Source: Opitutaceae bacterium (lineage in GTDB: Bacteria; Verrucomicrobiota; Verrucomicrobiia; Opitutales; Opitutaceae). From it: DNA of 64,000 nucleotides. The notes beneath the pieces are model-generated. The model did no database searches, was not told the DNA's origin, and worked only from the letters and a program-made list of their open reading frames with translations. Position 1 is the first letter of the stretch. Every line of letters starts with the position of its first letter. Made by a program: the position numbers and the translations under genes. The stretch lies in contig JANXLP010000490.1 in NCBI GenBank assembly GCA_025355125.1, positions 49 to 64,048 on the forward strand, in the 5' to 3' direction. Positions 28,425 through 36,899 of this stretch are shown here, one piece after another.

Positions 28425-31400
28425 GTGACGCGGTTTGTCCAGCAACTGTTTCACATCGCCCCGGACGAAGGCTCCCGCATCGCCCGCTTCGCTCTGCTTG
28501 GCCTGCTCATTCAGGCCGGCCTCGCCCTCGGCACCAGCGCCGCCGACTCCCTCTTCCTCGTCAACGTCGGCGCCGAGAAACTCTCGCATATCTACATCCT
28601 GACGCCGGCGATGATGTTGCTCTACATCCCCGCCTACTCCGCCGCGCTCTCCCGCTGGGGCCTGGACCGCGTCTTCGACTGCACCCTCGCCCTGCTCGTC
28701 GCCGGCGGCCTCACCCTCTGGCTCCTGTGCCATCACTACGCCGCCGCCGAGCCGGTCGCCCTGTGCTACGCCGTCAAACTCTACTCCGCCCTCTGGTATG
28801 TCGGGCTCTACTCGCTGTTCTGGAATTTCATCGACGGCTACTTCGGCCTCACCGATGCCAAGCGCCTCTTCGCCCTCTTCGCCGCCGGCTCCGCCACCGG
28901 CGCCATCATCGGCGGCTCCCTCGTCGCCCCCATCTCCGCCCAATTCGGCGTCGCCACCCTCTTCCTCGGCTGGGCGATCTGCGCCGCCCTCGCCTGGCCC
29001 GTAGTGCTCATCACCCGACGCCGCACGCGCAAACTCGAATCCGACGAACCCGAGACCGCCGGTGGCTCATCCGCGCTGGCCGAGACCGCCGCCGCCGCCA
29101 AGCGCATCGCCGGTTCCCGCTACGCCCTCGTTCTCACCGCCGTTCTCTTTCTCACCCTGATCAACGCCACCGTCTGCGAATACCAATACATGGGCATCTT
29201 CGCCGCCGGCGTCGATGAAGCCACCCTCGCCGCCCTCCTCGGCAAGCTCACCGCGATGGTCAACGTCGTGAACCTCGCCGTCAGCCTCTTCTTCTTCAAC
29301 AAACTCGTCGCCCGCATCGGCGTGCGCAACGTCGCCCTCATCCAGCCCGTCGTTTACGCCGTCGTCTTCGCGTGGCTGCTCCTCAACGGCAGTTACCCCG
29401 CCGCCGTCGCCGGTTTTTTTGCCTACCAGGGCATCATGACCGCCATCGATTTCAACAACGTGAACCTCCTCTTCACCGGCCTACCCGCCGCCGGCCGCAA
29501 GCAGATCCGCACCGTCATCGAGGGTCTCTGCGAACCGCTCGCCACCGCCTCCGCCGGCTTGTTCCTCCTCTTCGCCGCCAGCCGCCTCAGCCCCGAACAG
29601 CTTTCCATCTCCGGCATCGTGGTCGCCCTTGCGTGCCTGGCCCTCGTCTTCGTTCTCCGCTACGATTACCTCAACGCCATCGCCGCCAATCTCCGCCGCG
29701 CGTGGCTCGATTTCTCCCGCCCCACCACTCCGCTTCTGAGTCGCGCCACCCCCGCCGATCTCGCGCTCGCCGAAGCCCGCACCCTCTCGCCCGATCCCGA
29801 TCTCGCCGCGTTCGCCCTGCGGATTCTCTGGCTCAACGACCCCGCGCGCCTCACCCGCGCGCTACCGCCCTTCCTCCACTCCGCCCCACCCGCGACCCGC
29901 CGCGCCGCCTTCCCCCTCATCGACGAAATCCTCGCCCAGCCCGCGTCGGAATCGGCCCAGGAAATCCGCCGCTGGCTCGACACCCGCCCGCCCGCCTCCG
30001 ATCCCGAACTCTCCGGCCAACTCGGCCGCAACGGCCTCCTCCCCGCTCACGCCGCCACGATCCTCACCCAATCCGGCCAACCCACCGCCCGCGCCGCCGG
30101 CGCCATCGTCCTCTGGCGCAGTTGGCGCGTCGGCGACAGCCACTCCGCCCTCCGCCAGATCGAGGCGCTCCTCGCCAGCGGCGACGAGGCCTCGTTGCTC
30201 GCCGGCCTCCGCGCCCTCGGCCAGCTGCGCGAGCCGCGCTACGCCTACCAGCTCCGCGACCACCTGCGCTCGCCCAACCCCGTCGTTCGCGGCGAGGCCC
30301 TCGCCGCCCTCGCCACGCTCGCGGATTCCACCTCGCGCGTTCTCCTCCCCGAGCTCCTCTCCACGTTCCCCGGCGGCACCGCCACCGAGCGCCACCTCGC
30401 GCTCGACGCCTTTGCCCGCATCGGCGACTCCGGCTCCCTCGCCGCACTCCTTGCCGGCGCCGGCACCTTCACCCCCAGCGAGCGCCGCCAGACCGAGCGC
30501 ATCATCGCCGGCCTCGGCGCCCGCGCCGTCCCCACGCTCATCGCCGTCGCCCAAAGCTCCGCCTACACCGTCACCGCGCGCTCCGTCGCCCTGCGCGCCC
30601 TCGGTAAACTCGCCCTCCCCCAGCTCCAGCTCCTCGCCGGTCCGCTCGTCGAGCTCACCACCCTCAAAGCTTACCTCGTCCTCAACGATTCCGTCCTCCT
30701 TGACCCCGGCGCCGCCGAACCCGGCCAGGCCGTCCTCCGGCGCATCTACCGCGACTACCCGCGCCTCGTCCTCTCCATCGTCCTAGAAACCCTCGCCGTC
30801 GCCGGTCGCCTGCCCAGTTTCGAATCCGTGCTCGCCGGTCTCGAAAGCAGCGAGGCCAAAGACCGCGGCTACGCCATCGAGACCGTCGAACAAGCCTGCG
30901 GCCGCGAGATCTTCGCCCTCCTCCTGCCGTTGATCGACGGCCGCCCCATCGAGGCACAGGTCGCCTTCGGTCGCGCCCGCGGGCTCATCCCCGAGGTCAC
31001 CGCCGACCAAGTCCTCGAACAGGCACTCCGCTCCGATTTCCCCCTCGAAGCCGCCGCCGCCGCTCAGGCGCGCCACGCCCTCGATCCCGAAGGTGCCGCC
31101 GAGCCGCTTCTCGCCAAACTCCGCACCATGCCCCGACCGTTGCTGCGCGAGACGGTGCTCACGTTGTTTGCCCGCCGCGCCGGTCGCGGCTCGCGCGCCA
31201 CCGCCCTCACGCCCATCGAGGCCGTGCATGCGCTGCTCGGCATCGCCCCGTTTTCCGGCGCGCTCTTCACGCACCTCGAGTTCATGGCGCCCCATCTCCG
31301 GCTCATCACCCCCGCCGCCGGCACCGTCCTCTGCCCACGCGGCGAGCCGCTCCCCGGCGCCTGGCTCGTGCGCGCGGGGACGATCCACATCGACGGCGGT

Positions 31401-31586
31401 CACTCGTTTCAGCCCGGCACCATCGCCGGCATCGGCGCGATTCACGGTGAACCCGTCGCCGCCGTCACGTTCACCGCCGGCCCCGGTCTCGAAGCGCTGT
31501 TTCTTCCCGCCGCCATCATCCACCGCTGCATCGAGACCTTCCCCGAGCTCGGCCTCAGCCTGCTCGCCAACGCCCCCGCTGCATGA
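28425..31586 (+). CDS. Multidomain membrane protein: TLC/MFS (ATP:ADP-antiporter-like) transporter domain - HEAT repeats - C-terminal cyclic-nucleotide-binding-like domain
   Basis: 1053 aa with a GTG start.
- Aa 1 to about 430: about 12 hydrophobic helices with the TLC-type motif FWNFIDGYFGLTDAKRLFALFAAGSATGAIIGG.
- Mid region: HEAT/PBS-lyase-like repeats (LLAGLRALGQLREPRYAYQLRDHLRSPNPVVRGEALAALATL, ERHLALDAFARIGDSGSLAALL).
- About 31200-31583: beta-roll cNMP-like domain (LITPAAGTVLCPRGEPLPGAWLVRAGTIHI). Confidence 0.65.
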   Translation: MTRFVQQLFHIAPDEGSRIARFALLGLLIQAGLALGTSAADSLFLVNVGAEKLSHIYILTPAMMLLYIPAYSAALSRWGLDRVFDCTLALLVAGGLTLWLLCHHYAAAEPVALCYAVKLYSALWYVGLYSLFWNFIDGYFGLTDAKRLFALFAAGSATGAIIGGSLVAPISAQFGVATLFLGWAICAALAWPVVLITRRRTRKLESDEPETAGGSSALAETAAAAKRIAGSRYALVLTAVLFLTLINATVCEYQYMGIFAAGVDEATLAALLGKLTAMVNVVNLAVSLFFFNKLVARIGVRNVALIQPVVYAVVFAWLLLNGSYPAAVAGFFAYQGIMTAIDFNNVNLLFTGLPAAGRKQIRTVIEGLCEPLATASAGLFLLFAASRLSPEQLSISGIVVALACLALVFVLRYDYLNAIAANLRRAWLDFSRPTTPLLSRATPADLALAEARTLSPDPDLAAFALRILWLNDPARLTRALPPFLHSAPPATRRAAFPLIDEILAQPASESAQEIRRWLDTRPPASDPELSGQLGRNGLLPAHAATILTQSGQPTARAAGAIVLWRSWRVGDSHSALRQIEALLASGDEASLLAGLRALGQLREPRYAYQLRDHLRSPNPVVRGEALAALATLADSTSRVLLPELLSTFPGGTATERHLALDAFARIGDSGSLAALLAGAGTFTPSERRQTERIIAGLGARAVPTLIAVAQSSAYTVTARSVALRALGKLALPQLQLLAGPLVELTTLKAYLVLNDSVLLDPGAAEPGQAVLRRIYRDYPRLVLSIVLETLAVAGRLPSFESVLAGLESSEAKDRGYAIETVEQACGREIFALLLPLIDGRPIEAQVAFGRARGLIPEVTADQVLEQALRSDFPLEAAAAAQARHALDPEGAAEPLLAKLRTMPRPLLRETVLTLFARRAGRGSRATALTPIEAVHALLGIAPFSGALFTHLEFMAPHLRLITPAAGTVLCPRGEPLPGAWLVRAGTIHIDGGHSFQPGTIAGIGAIHGEPVAAVTFTAGPGLEALFLPAAIIHRCIETFPELGLSLLANAPAA

Positions 31587-33676
31587 GCTCGCGCCTTCCC
31601 CGCCTCACGCTCCGCGGCTGGTTCCTCACCAGCCTCCTTTCCGTGCTCGCCGCGCTGATCGTCATTCAGGCCACGCACATCTACGTCTCGCTCAGCGATC
31701 TCATCACGCAGGGCTTCGACCGGAAGCTCCTCGCCATCTCCACCACCACCGCCGCTTTCATCGATCCCGCCGATCATGCCCGTCTCGTCGAACCCCTCCA
31801 ACTGACCGGCATCGCCCGCAACACCGCCGATGGCACCCTCCTCGCCTATGATCGCCGCAGCAGCGAATTCCTAAAAATCCGCCCCGCCGACGGTTTTGCC
31901 TCCGTCTCCACCCTGAAGCTTCCCCCCGGCTTCCACCAACTCGCCACCGGCACGGCTCCCGATACGCTCATCATCCTCGACGCCGCCACCGGCGAACTCC
32001 GCCTCTTCTCCCTGCGCACCGGCGAACACACCCCCCTCCACCGCCTGGAGCCGCCCGTGGTCGCCATCGCCTCCGATTCGGCCCGCGGCGTCCTCTACAT
32101 CGGAGGCCGCCACCTCGACCGGCTCGATCTCCGCACCGGCATCGTCACCCGCCTCGCGCAACTCCACGAACCCACCCGCGACCTCACCTTCGACCCCGAG
32201 CGCCAGACGCTCTGGGGCCTCGGCGAAAGCGGCTCTACCCTCCTCGATCTCAATTCCGCCGACGGTCTCCTCCGCCGCCGCATTCCCCTCGCGCAGGAAA
32301 AGCCCGAGGGCGCCGCCGAGACGTGGAAACCCGCGCCCGTCCGCCTCGTCGCTATCGTCTTCGACGAAGCCGCCAAAAAACTCCTCGGCACCGAACGCTC
32401 GCTCCTGCACATCGATCCCGCCACCGGCCTCGTTTCACCCAAAAAACTCCTCTCCGGCTTCGGTCGTGAGCTCGGCCCCGGCTACCTCCGCTACGCCGCG
32501 CCGATGCGCCGCATCACGAACCGCGCCAACCTCACCTTCCTCTACACCCAGCTCGTCACCGAGCGCGACCACATCATCTACGGGCTCGACGGCACCGTCG
32601 GCGAAAAACACTCCGCCATCCTCAGCACCGATACGCTCCCCGCCTCCGAGACCGCCGGCATCCAACAACTCCTCGCCGACGGCACCCCGCACCTCACGAC
32701 CGTCCGCGCTTGGGACCAGTGGGGCCTCCTCAAGAGCGCCTTCGCCCCCATCTTCGACGCCACCGGCCACCCCGTCGCCATGGTCGGGGCCGACGTCGAT
32801 ATCACCACCATCCGCTACGCCACTCATCGCGCCCTCGTCATCACCTTCGCCTTCGGTGCGCTGCTCCTCCTCGTCGCCGGCCTCCTCTCCCTCGCCATCG
32901 CGCGACAACTCGCCCGCCCCCTCGCACGCATCAAAGCCGCCGCCCTCCGCGCCGCCGCCGGCGACTACGCCCAACACGTCGCCGTCGCCCACCCCCGCGA
33001 GCTGCGCGAGCTCGCCGCCGGCTTCTCCAACGCCACCGCCGGTCTCGGCCGCCGCTTCGTGGAACTCGACGCTGCCGTCGCCGATGGCCGCGCCGTCCGT
33101 GATCGCGGCGCCCTCCTCACGCGTCTCGCCGATGTCCCCCCGCTCGCCGCCGCGCCTGCCCCCGGCGCCGTCTGGACTTGGGGCGCGCTCGATGCCGACG
33201 CCCCCGCGCCCGGCGGTGCCATCATCGCCGGCGACGCCGCGCTCGCCTGGTGCGGCGCCGCCGGGGCCGAACCTCTCATCGCCGCCGCCCACCGCGCCGA
33301 ACTCGCCGTCCTCGCCCACGCCCTGCTCACCCGCCACGGCGCCGATCCCGTCGTGCTCGCCCCGCTGCTGACCGCCCTCGCACCCAATGAAGTCGCAGCC
33401 TGGGTGCTCCTCACGTCTGCCGGCGTCCACGTGCTCGCCCGCCGCCCCGGCCTTGTCCACCGTCTAAGCCCCGGCTCCGCGCCCGCACCGCTGACGCCCG
33501 CCGCCTTCACCACTCCCATCGTCCCGGCTCCCGGTGAAGCCATCATCGTCACCTCGACTCCCGCCGGTCCGACATCCCCCGCAGCCGCTGCCCCCGCCAC
33601 CCTCGCCGCCTGGCGTCGCGCCGCCGCCGGTGCCCACACCGTCGGCTACGCCGTGATTTTCCAACCCTCCGCATGA
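31583..33676 (+). CDS. Membrane sensor: TM - large periplasmic domain (propeller-like repeats plus a Cache-like fold) - TM - HAMP - Ala-rich C-terminal domain
   Basis: 697 aa with an ATGA overlap to the upstream gene.
- Four repeats of the h-h-D-x-x-T/S-G type: ILDAATGELRLF, LDRLDLRTGIV, LLDLNSADGLL, LLHIDPATGLV.
- Cache-like end: WDQWGLLKSAFAPIFDATGHPVAMVGADVDI.
- TM: ALVITFAFGALLLLVAGLLSLAI.
- HAMP: ARQLARPLARIKAAALRAAAGDY...LRELAAGFSN.
- The C-terminal domain resembles a PP2C/SpoIIE fold lacking the metal-binding Asp residues (tentative). Confidence 0.55.
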   Translation: MSSRLPRLTLRGWFLTSLLSVLAALIVIQATHIYVSLSDLITQGFDRKLLAISTTTAAFIDPADHARLVEPLQLTGIARNTADGTLLAYDRRSSEFLKIRPADGFASVSTLKLPPGFHQLATGTAPDTLIILDAATGELRLFSLRTGEHTPLHRLEPPVVAIASDSARGVLYIGGRHLDRLDLRTGIVTRLAQLHEPTRDLTFDPERQTLWGLGESGSTLLDLNSADGLLRRRIPLAQEKPEGAAETWKPAPVRLVAIVFDEAAKKLLGTERSLLHIDPATGLVSPKKLLSGFGRELGPGYLRYAAPMRRITNRANLTFLYTQLVTERDHIIYGLDGTVGEKHSAILSTDTLPASETAGIQQLLADGTPHLTTVRAWDQWGLLKSAFAPIFDATGHPVAMVGADVDITTIRYATHRALVITFAFGALLLLVAGLLSLAIARQLARPLARIKAAALRAAAGDYAQHVAVAHPRELRELAAGFSNATAGLGRRFVELDAAVADGRAVRDRGALLTRLADVPPLAAAPAPGAVWTWGALDADAPAPGGAIIAGDAALAWCGAAGAEPLIAAAHRAELAVLAHALLTRHGADPVVLAPLLTALAPNEVAAWVLLTSAGVHVLARRPGLVHRLSPGSAPAPLTPAAFTTPIVPAPGEAIIVTSTPAGPTSPAAAAPATLAAWRRAAAGAHTVGYAVIFQPSA

Positions 33677-34104
33677 GCTCTGCCCCCACGGCTCTCTTCG
33701 CCCCGTCGCTCCTCGAAAAACTTTTCGCGCTGCGGGCCGTGTCTCCTTTCGACCGGTTGGCTCCCGCCGAACTCGCCCTCATCGCCGAGATCGCCGAACC
33801 CCGCGCCTACGCCCCCGGCGAAACCATCCACGCCGACGGTGATCGTCTCCTGCGCCTCGTCGCCGTCGTCGGCGGTCGCGTGCTCACGAGCGACGGCACC
33901 TCCGCCGGCACCTTGCTCGGCGCCGCCTCCCTCGTGCGCAACGCCCTCGCCCCGCACCTCGTCGCCGATCCCATCGCCGGCGCCCGCGTGCTCCGCCTCG
34001 AACGCGGCCCCTTCTTCACCCTCCTGCGCGAGTGCCCCGCCTTCACCCTCGGTCTGCTCGAACTCGGCGCAACCCCCGCTCCCGCTCCGGCTCCGCTCCC
34101 ATGA
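33673..34104 (+). CDS. Stand-alone cyclic-nucleotide-binding-like domain protein
   Basis: 143 aa with an ATGA overlap. LFALRAVSPFDRLAPAELALIAEIAEPRAYAPGETIHADGD...ARVLRLERGPFFTLLRECPAF follows the CAP/CNB beta-roll layout. The phosphate-binding cassette looks degenerate. Confidence 0.55.
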   Translation: MSSAPTALFAPSLLEKLFALRAVSPFDRLAPAELALIAEIAEPRAYAPGETIHADGDRLLRLVAVVGGRVLTSDGTSAGTLLGAASLVRNALAPHLVADPIAGARVLRLERGPFFTLLRECPAFTLGLLELGATPAPAPAPLP

Positions 34105-35420
34105 CGATCCGCCGGCAAATCCTTTTCTTCATTCTGCCGCTCTTCCTGGGATTTGGCGTCCTCTCCGGCGTGTTCTCCTGCTGGTTCAAACTCACTGAAG
34201 CCCGCGATGCCTTTGCCGACGGCTCCACCGCGCTCGCCCTCACCGCCGCCGAATTCATCGAGCCCGCCGATCTCGCCGCGCTGCGTGACGGAATTCCGCT
34301 TGAGCGCACGCGGTTAGGACCCGTCTTAGTTCGCCTGGAACGCTGGGCCCTGGTCCGCCGTTTTTATCTGCTCGATACCGCCAGCGGCAAGGTGCTGGCC
34401 GATATCGCGCCCGCCGGCACCCCCGTCGCCACCGCCGCCGAGATCGCCGCCCTCAAACCCGGCGAGATTGACCTGCTTCCCCTCCGCATCACGGCCGACG
34501 GACAATCGCGGCAGCCCGCCCTCGCGTTTACTGCCGCCCGCGGCGCGATCCTCGGCATCGAGACCTCGGCCGAGGATTATCTGGAGAGCCGGCGCGAAAT
34601 CTACCGCAGCGCCCTCTCCTACGGCATCCGCGCCTTCGTCGTCGGCCTCGCCCTCGCCTGGTGGATCGGGACCATGCTGCACCGCCAGATGCGCCGCCTC
34701 CAACTCACCGCCCAGGCCATCGGTGCCCCGGCGTTCGCCGCCACCGGCGTCTCCGACAGCGTCAGCGAAGTCGCCGATCTCGCCTCGACGTTTGGCGTCA
34801 TGCACAGCGTCAACGAGGAGACCGTGGACCGCACGCGCCGCTCCCTGGTGGACACCGATTACTATCGCGGCGAACGCGCCCTCACCGAGACCTTCCACGC
34901 GGCGTTCTCTCTTCGAGCCGCATGGAGCGGTGCCACCATCGACGCCGCGTGGCTGCCCGTGGGCGTGCCGCCTCCCGCCGCGCTCGCCGGCGCCGTCGCC
35001 ACCGGACCTGATTCCGGCGTGGCCTTCGCCGGCATCGCCGGCCCCGTCGGCGACCTCGCCGCCGCCCTCCGCGCCCGCGCCGCCACCCGCTATCTGGCCG
35101 AAGGCTTCGCCCTGCGCCCCGCCGCCGCCGTCGCCGCCGAAGCGCTCGCCCTCTTCACCTTGAACCGGCTCGAACTCGTCGTCTGGACCCCCGCCGGCCT
35201 CACGCGCTGGAACGCCGCTCACGACGCCCCGGCTGCGCCCGTCGCCTGGGACGGCAAACCCGTCGCCCTCACCTGCCTCGGCCCCATCAACGCCGAGCGG
35301 CTCGATCTCTATCTCGTGACGTTCCCCGCCCGCCCCGCCTCCGCCGCGCTCGACGATCTGCCGGCGCTCCTTGATGCTCAGGAACCCGGTGTGGTCCTCG
35401 TGCTGCGCCGCGCTACATGA
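34101..35420 (+). CDS. Membrane sensor paralog: TM - small periplasmic domain - TM - HAMP - Ala-rich C-terminal domain
   Basis: Track ORF is 34032..35420. ATG 34101 overlaps the upstream stop (ATGA), giving 439 aa. It shares the A.FI[DE]PAD...L motif, the HAMP placement and the C-terminal domain type (VAFAGIAGPVGDLAAALRARAA) with the 31583 gene. Confidence 0.5.
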   Translation: MTIRRQILFFILPLFLGFGVLSGVFSCWFKLTEARDAFADGSTALALTAAEFIEPADLAALRDGIPLERTRLGPVLVRLERWALVRRFYLLDTASGKVLADIAPAGTPVATAAEIAALKPGEIDLLPLRITADGQSRQPALAFTAARGAILGIETSAEDYLESRREIYRSALSYGIRAFVVGLALAWWIGTMLHRQMRRLQLTAQAIGAPAFAATGVSDSVSEVADLASTFGVMHSVNEETVDRTRRSLVDTDYYRGERALTETFHAAFSLRAAWSGATIDAAWLPVGVPPPAALAGAVATGPDSGVAFAGIAGPVGDLAAALRARAATRYLAEGFALRPAAAVAAEALALFTLNRLELVVWTPAGLTRWNAAHDAPAAPVAWDGKPVALTCLGPINAERLDLYLVTFPARPASAALDDLPALLDAQEPGVVLVLRRAT

Positions 35421-36802
35421 ACTCCATCATCCCCGCTCCCACGCTCGTCCCCACCGAGGCCCTGCTCGCGCACCAGATGATGTTCGACGGGGTCGCCCTC
35501 GTGCTGGCGCTGCTGCACCTCGCCCTGTTCGCCTTCGAGCCCCGCCAACGCGCCAACCTATTCTGCGGCCTCTTCGTCGCGTCCCTCGGCGCCGTCATTC
35601 ACGCCAACTTCGCCACCTTCCTCGATCCCCACGCCCTTTGGGCCGCGCGCATTTTTCCCGTCGCGATGGCCTTCGCGGTGGCGATGTGGCTGCGCACGCT
35701 GCACACCGTGTTCGCCGTGCGGCGGCCGTGGTTCTGGCGTATCCTCGTGCCGGTCGCCGCCGGCCTCGGCCTCTGGGGCGCACTGCAACCCGCGCGTTTC
35801 CACTACGGCCTGCTCGCCCTCATCGTCATCTCCGGCGCCCTCGCCACCGGCGAAGTCGGCCTCGCTTGGCGTGATCGCCGCCCCGGCTCCCGCCTGCTCG
35901 GCGTCGGCATGACCGTGTTTGGTTTACTCGTCGTTTACAGCGCGCTGCGCACCCTCGACCTCGCGCCCGATACCCCGCGGTCCGTCTTCGTTCCCGTTTA
36001 CGCCGGTGTCTGCGCCGCCCTCACCCTCTCGCTCTTTCTCGCGCAAAATCACGCCACGCTCTCCCGCCATGCCCTCGCCCTCGAACGCGAGAAACAATCC
36101 CTCGCCCTCGCCCGCGCCGACGAACTCGAACTCGTCGTCGCCGCCCGCACCTCCGAACTCCGCGATGAAAAGGGCCGCGTGGACGAGCTGCTCTACAACA
36201 TCCTCCCGCGCGAAACCGCCGACGAACTCAAGGCCACCGGCCGCGCCCTCCCCCGCCGCCACGAAGACGTCACCGTGCTCTTCACCGATTTCAAGGGCTT
36301 CACCAACACCGTTTCCGCGATGCCCGCCGACAAGCTCGTCACCGAGCTCAACGACATCTTCAACCGCTTCGACGACATCATGGATCGTCACGGCGTGCAG
36401 AAAATAAAAACCATCGGCGACGCCTACATGGCCGCTGGCGGCCTCCCCGGCCAGCCCGACGATGGCGCCGGCCGCATCGTCGCCGCCGCCCTCGAACTCA
36501 TCGCCACCATCGAGGAGCGCAACCTCCGCTCCGCCGTCAAATGGCACATGCGCCTCGGCGTCCACACCGGCGCGGTCGTCGCCGGCGTCATCGGCAAGCG
36601 TCGCCTCCTCTACGATCTCTTCGGCGACACCGTGAACATCGCCAACCGCATGGAAAGCCACGGCGAGCCCGGCCGCATCAACCTCTCGGCCTATTCCTAC
36701 GATCTCGTCCGCGCCCGCTTCGCCTGCGACTACCTCGGCAAGATCGACGTAAAGGGCAAAGGCGAGATCGACATGTATTGCGTCCGCGGCCCCGCCTCCT
36801 GA
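35417..36802 (+). CDS. Class III adenylate cyclase with an N-terminal multi-pass membrane domain
   Basis: 461 aa with an ATGA overlap. About 6-7 hydrophobic helices, a coiled coil, then the catalytic domain: VTVLFTDFKGFT (metal Asp), KIKTIGDAYMAAGG (Lys plus Asp), YDLFGDTVNIANRMES (Asn/Arg). The Lys...Asp specificity pair suggests ATP as substrate. Confidence 0.85.
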   Translation: MNSIIPAPTLVPTEALLAHQMMFDGVALVLALLHLALFAFEPRQRANLFCGLFVASLGAVIHANFATFLDPHALWAARIFPVAMAFAVAMWLRTLHTVFAVRRPWFWRILVPVAAGLGLWGALQPARFHYGLLALIVISGALATGEVGLAWRDRRPGSRLLGVGMTVFGLLVVYSALRTLDLAPDTPRSVFVPVYAGVCAALTLSLFLAQNHATLSRHALALEREKQSLALARADELELVVAARTSELRDEKGRVDELLYNILPRETADELKATGRALPRRHEDVTVLFTDFKGFTNTVSAMPADKLVTELNDIFNRFDDIMDRHGVQKIKTIGDAYMAAGGLPGQPDDGAGRIVAAALELIATIEERNLRSAVKWHMRLGVHTGAVVAGVIGKRRLLYDLFGDTVNIANRMESHGEPGRINLSAYSYDLVRARFACDYLGKIDVKGKGEIDMYCVRGPAS

Positions 36803-36899
36803 TCGCACGCCACGGGCAAAAACTTCCCGCGCCTTTTCCTTTGCCCGCCGGGCCTTTACCCGCCGACATACCCTTCGTCTCAACGCCCAAACCACTACC

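Noticed and set aside
27633-28943. 436-aa minus-strand ORF, with 29372..30607, 29862..30554, 30783..31523, 32435..33460, 32466..33371, 34326..35222, 35924..37009 and 36678..37925
   Set aside because: They are antisense or off-frame to the signalling operon and the outer-membrane protein gene. Their extreme G/E/A/R or P/R bias marks them as shadow ORFs.
36814-36846. Possible hairpin after the cyclase gene (gggcaaa...tttgccc)
   Set aside because: The stem is only 7 bp, the loop is 19 nt, and there is no U-tract. That is too weak to call a terminator.
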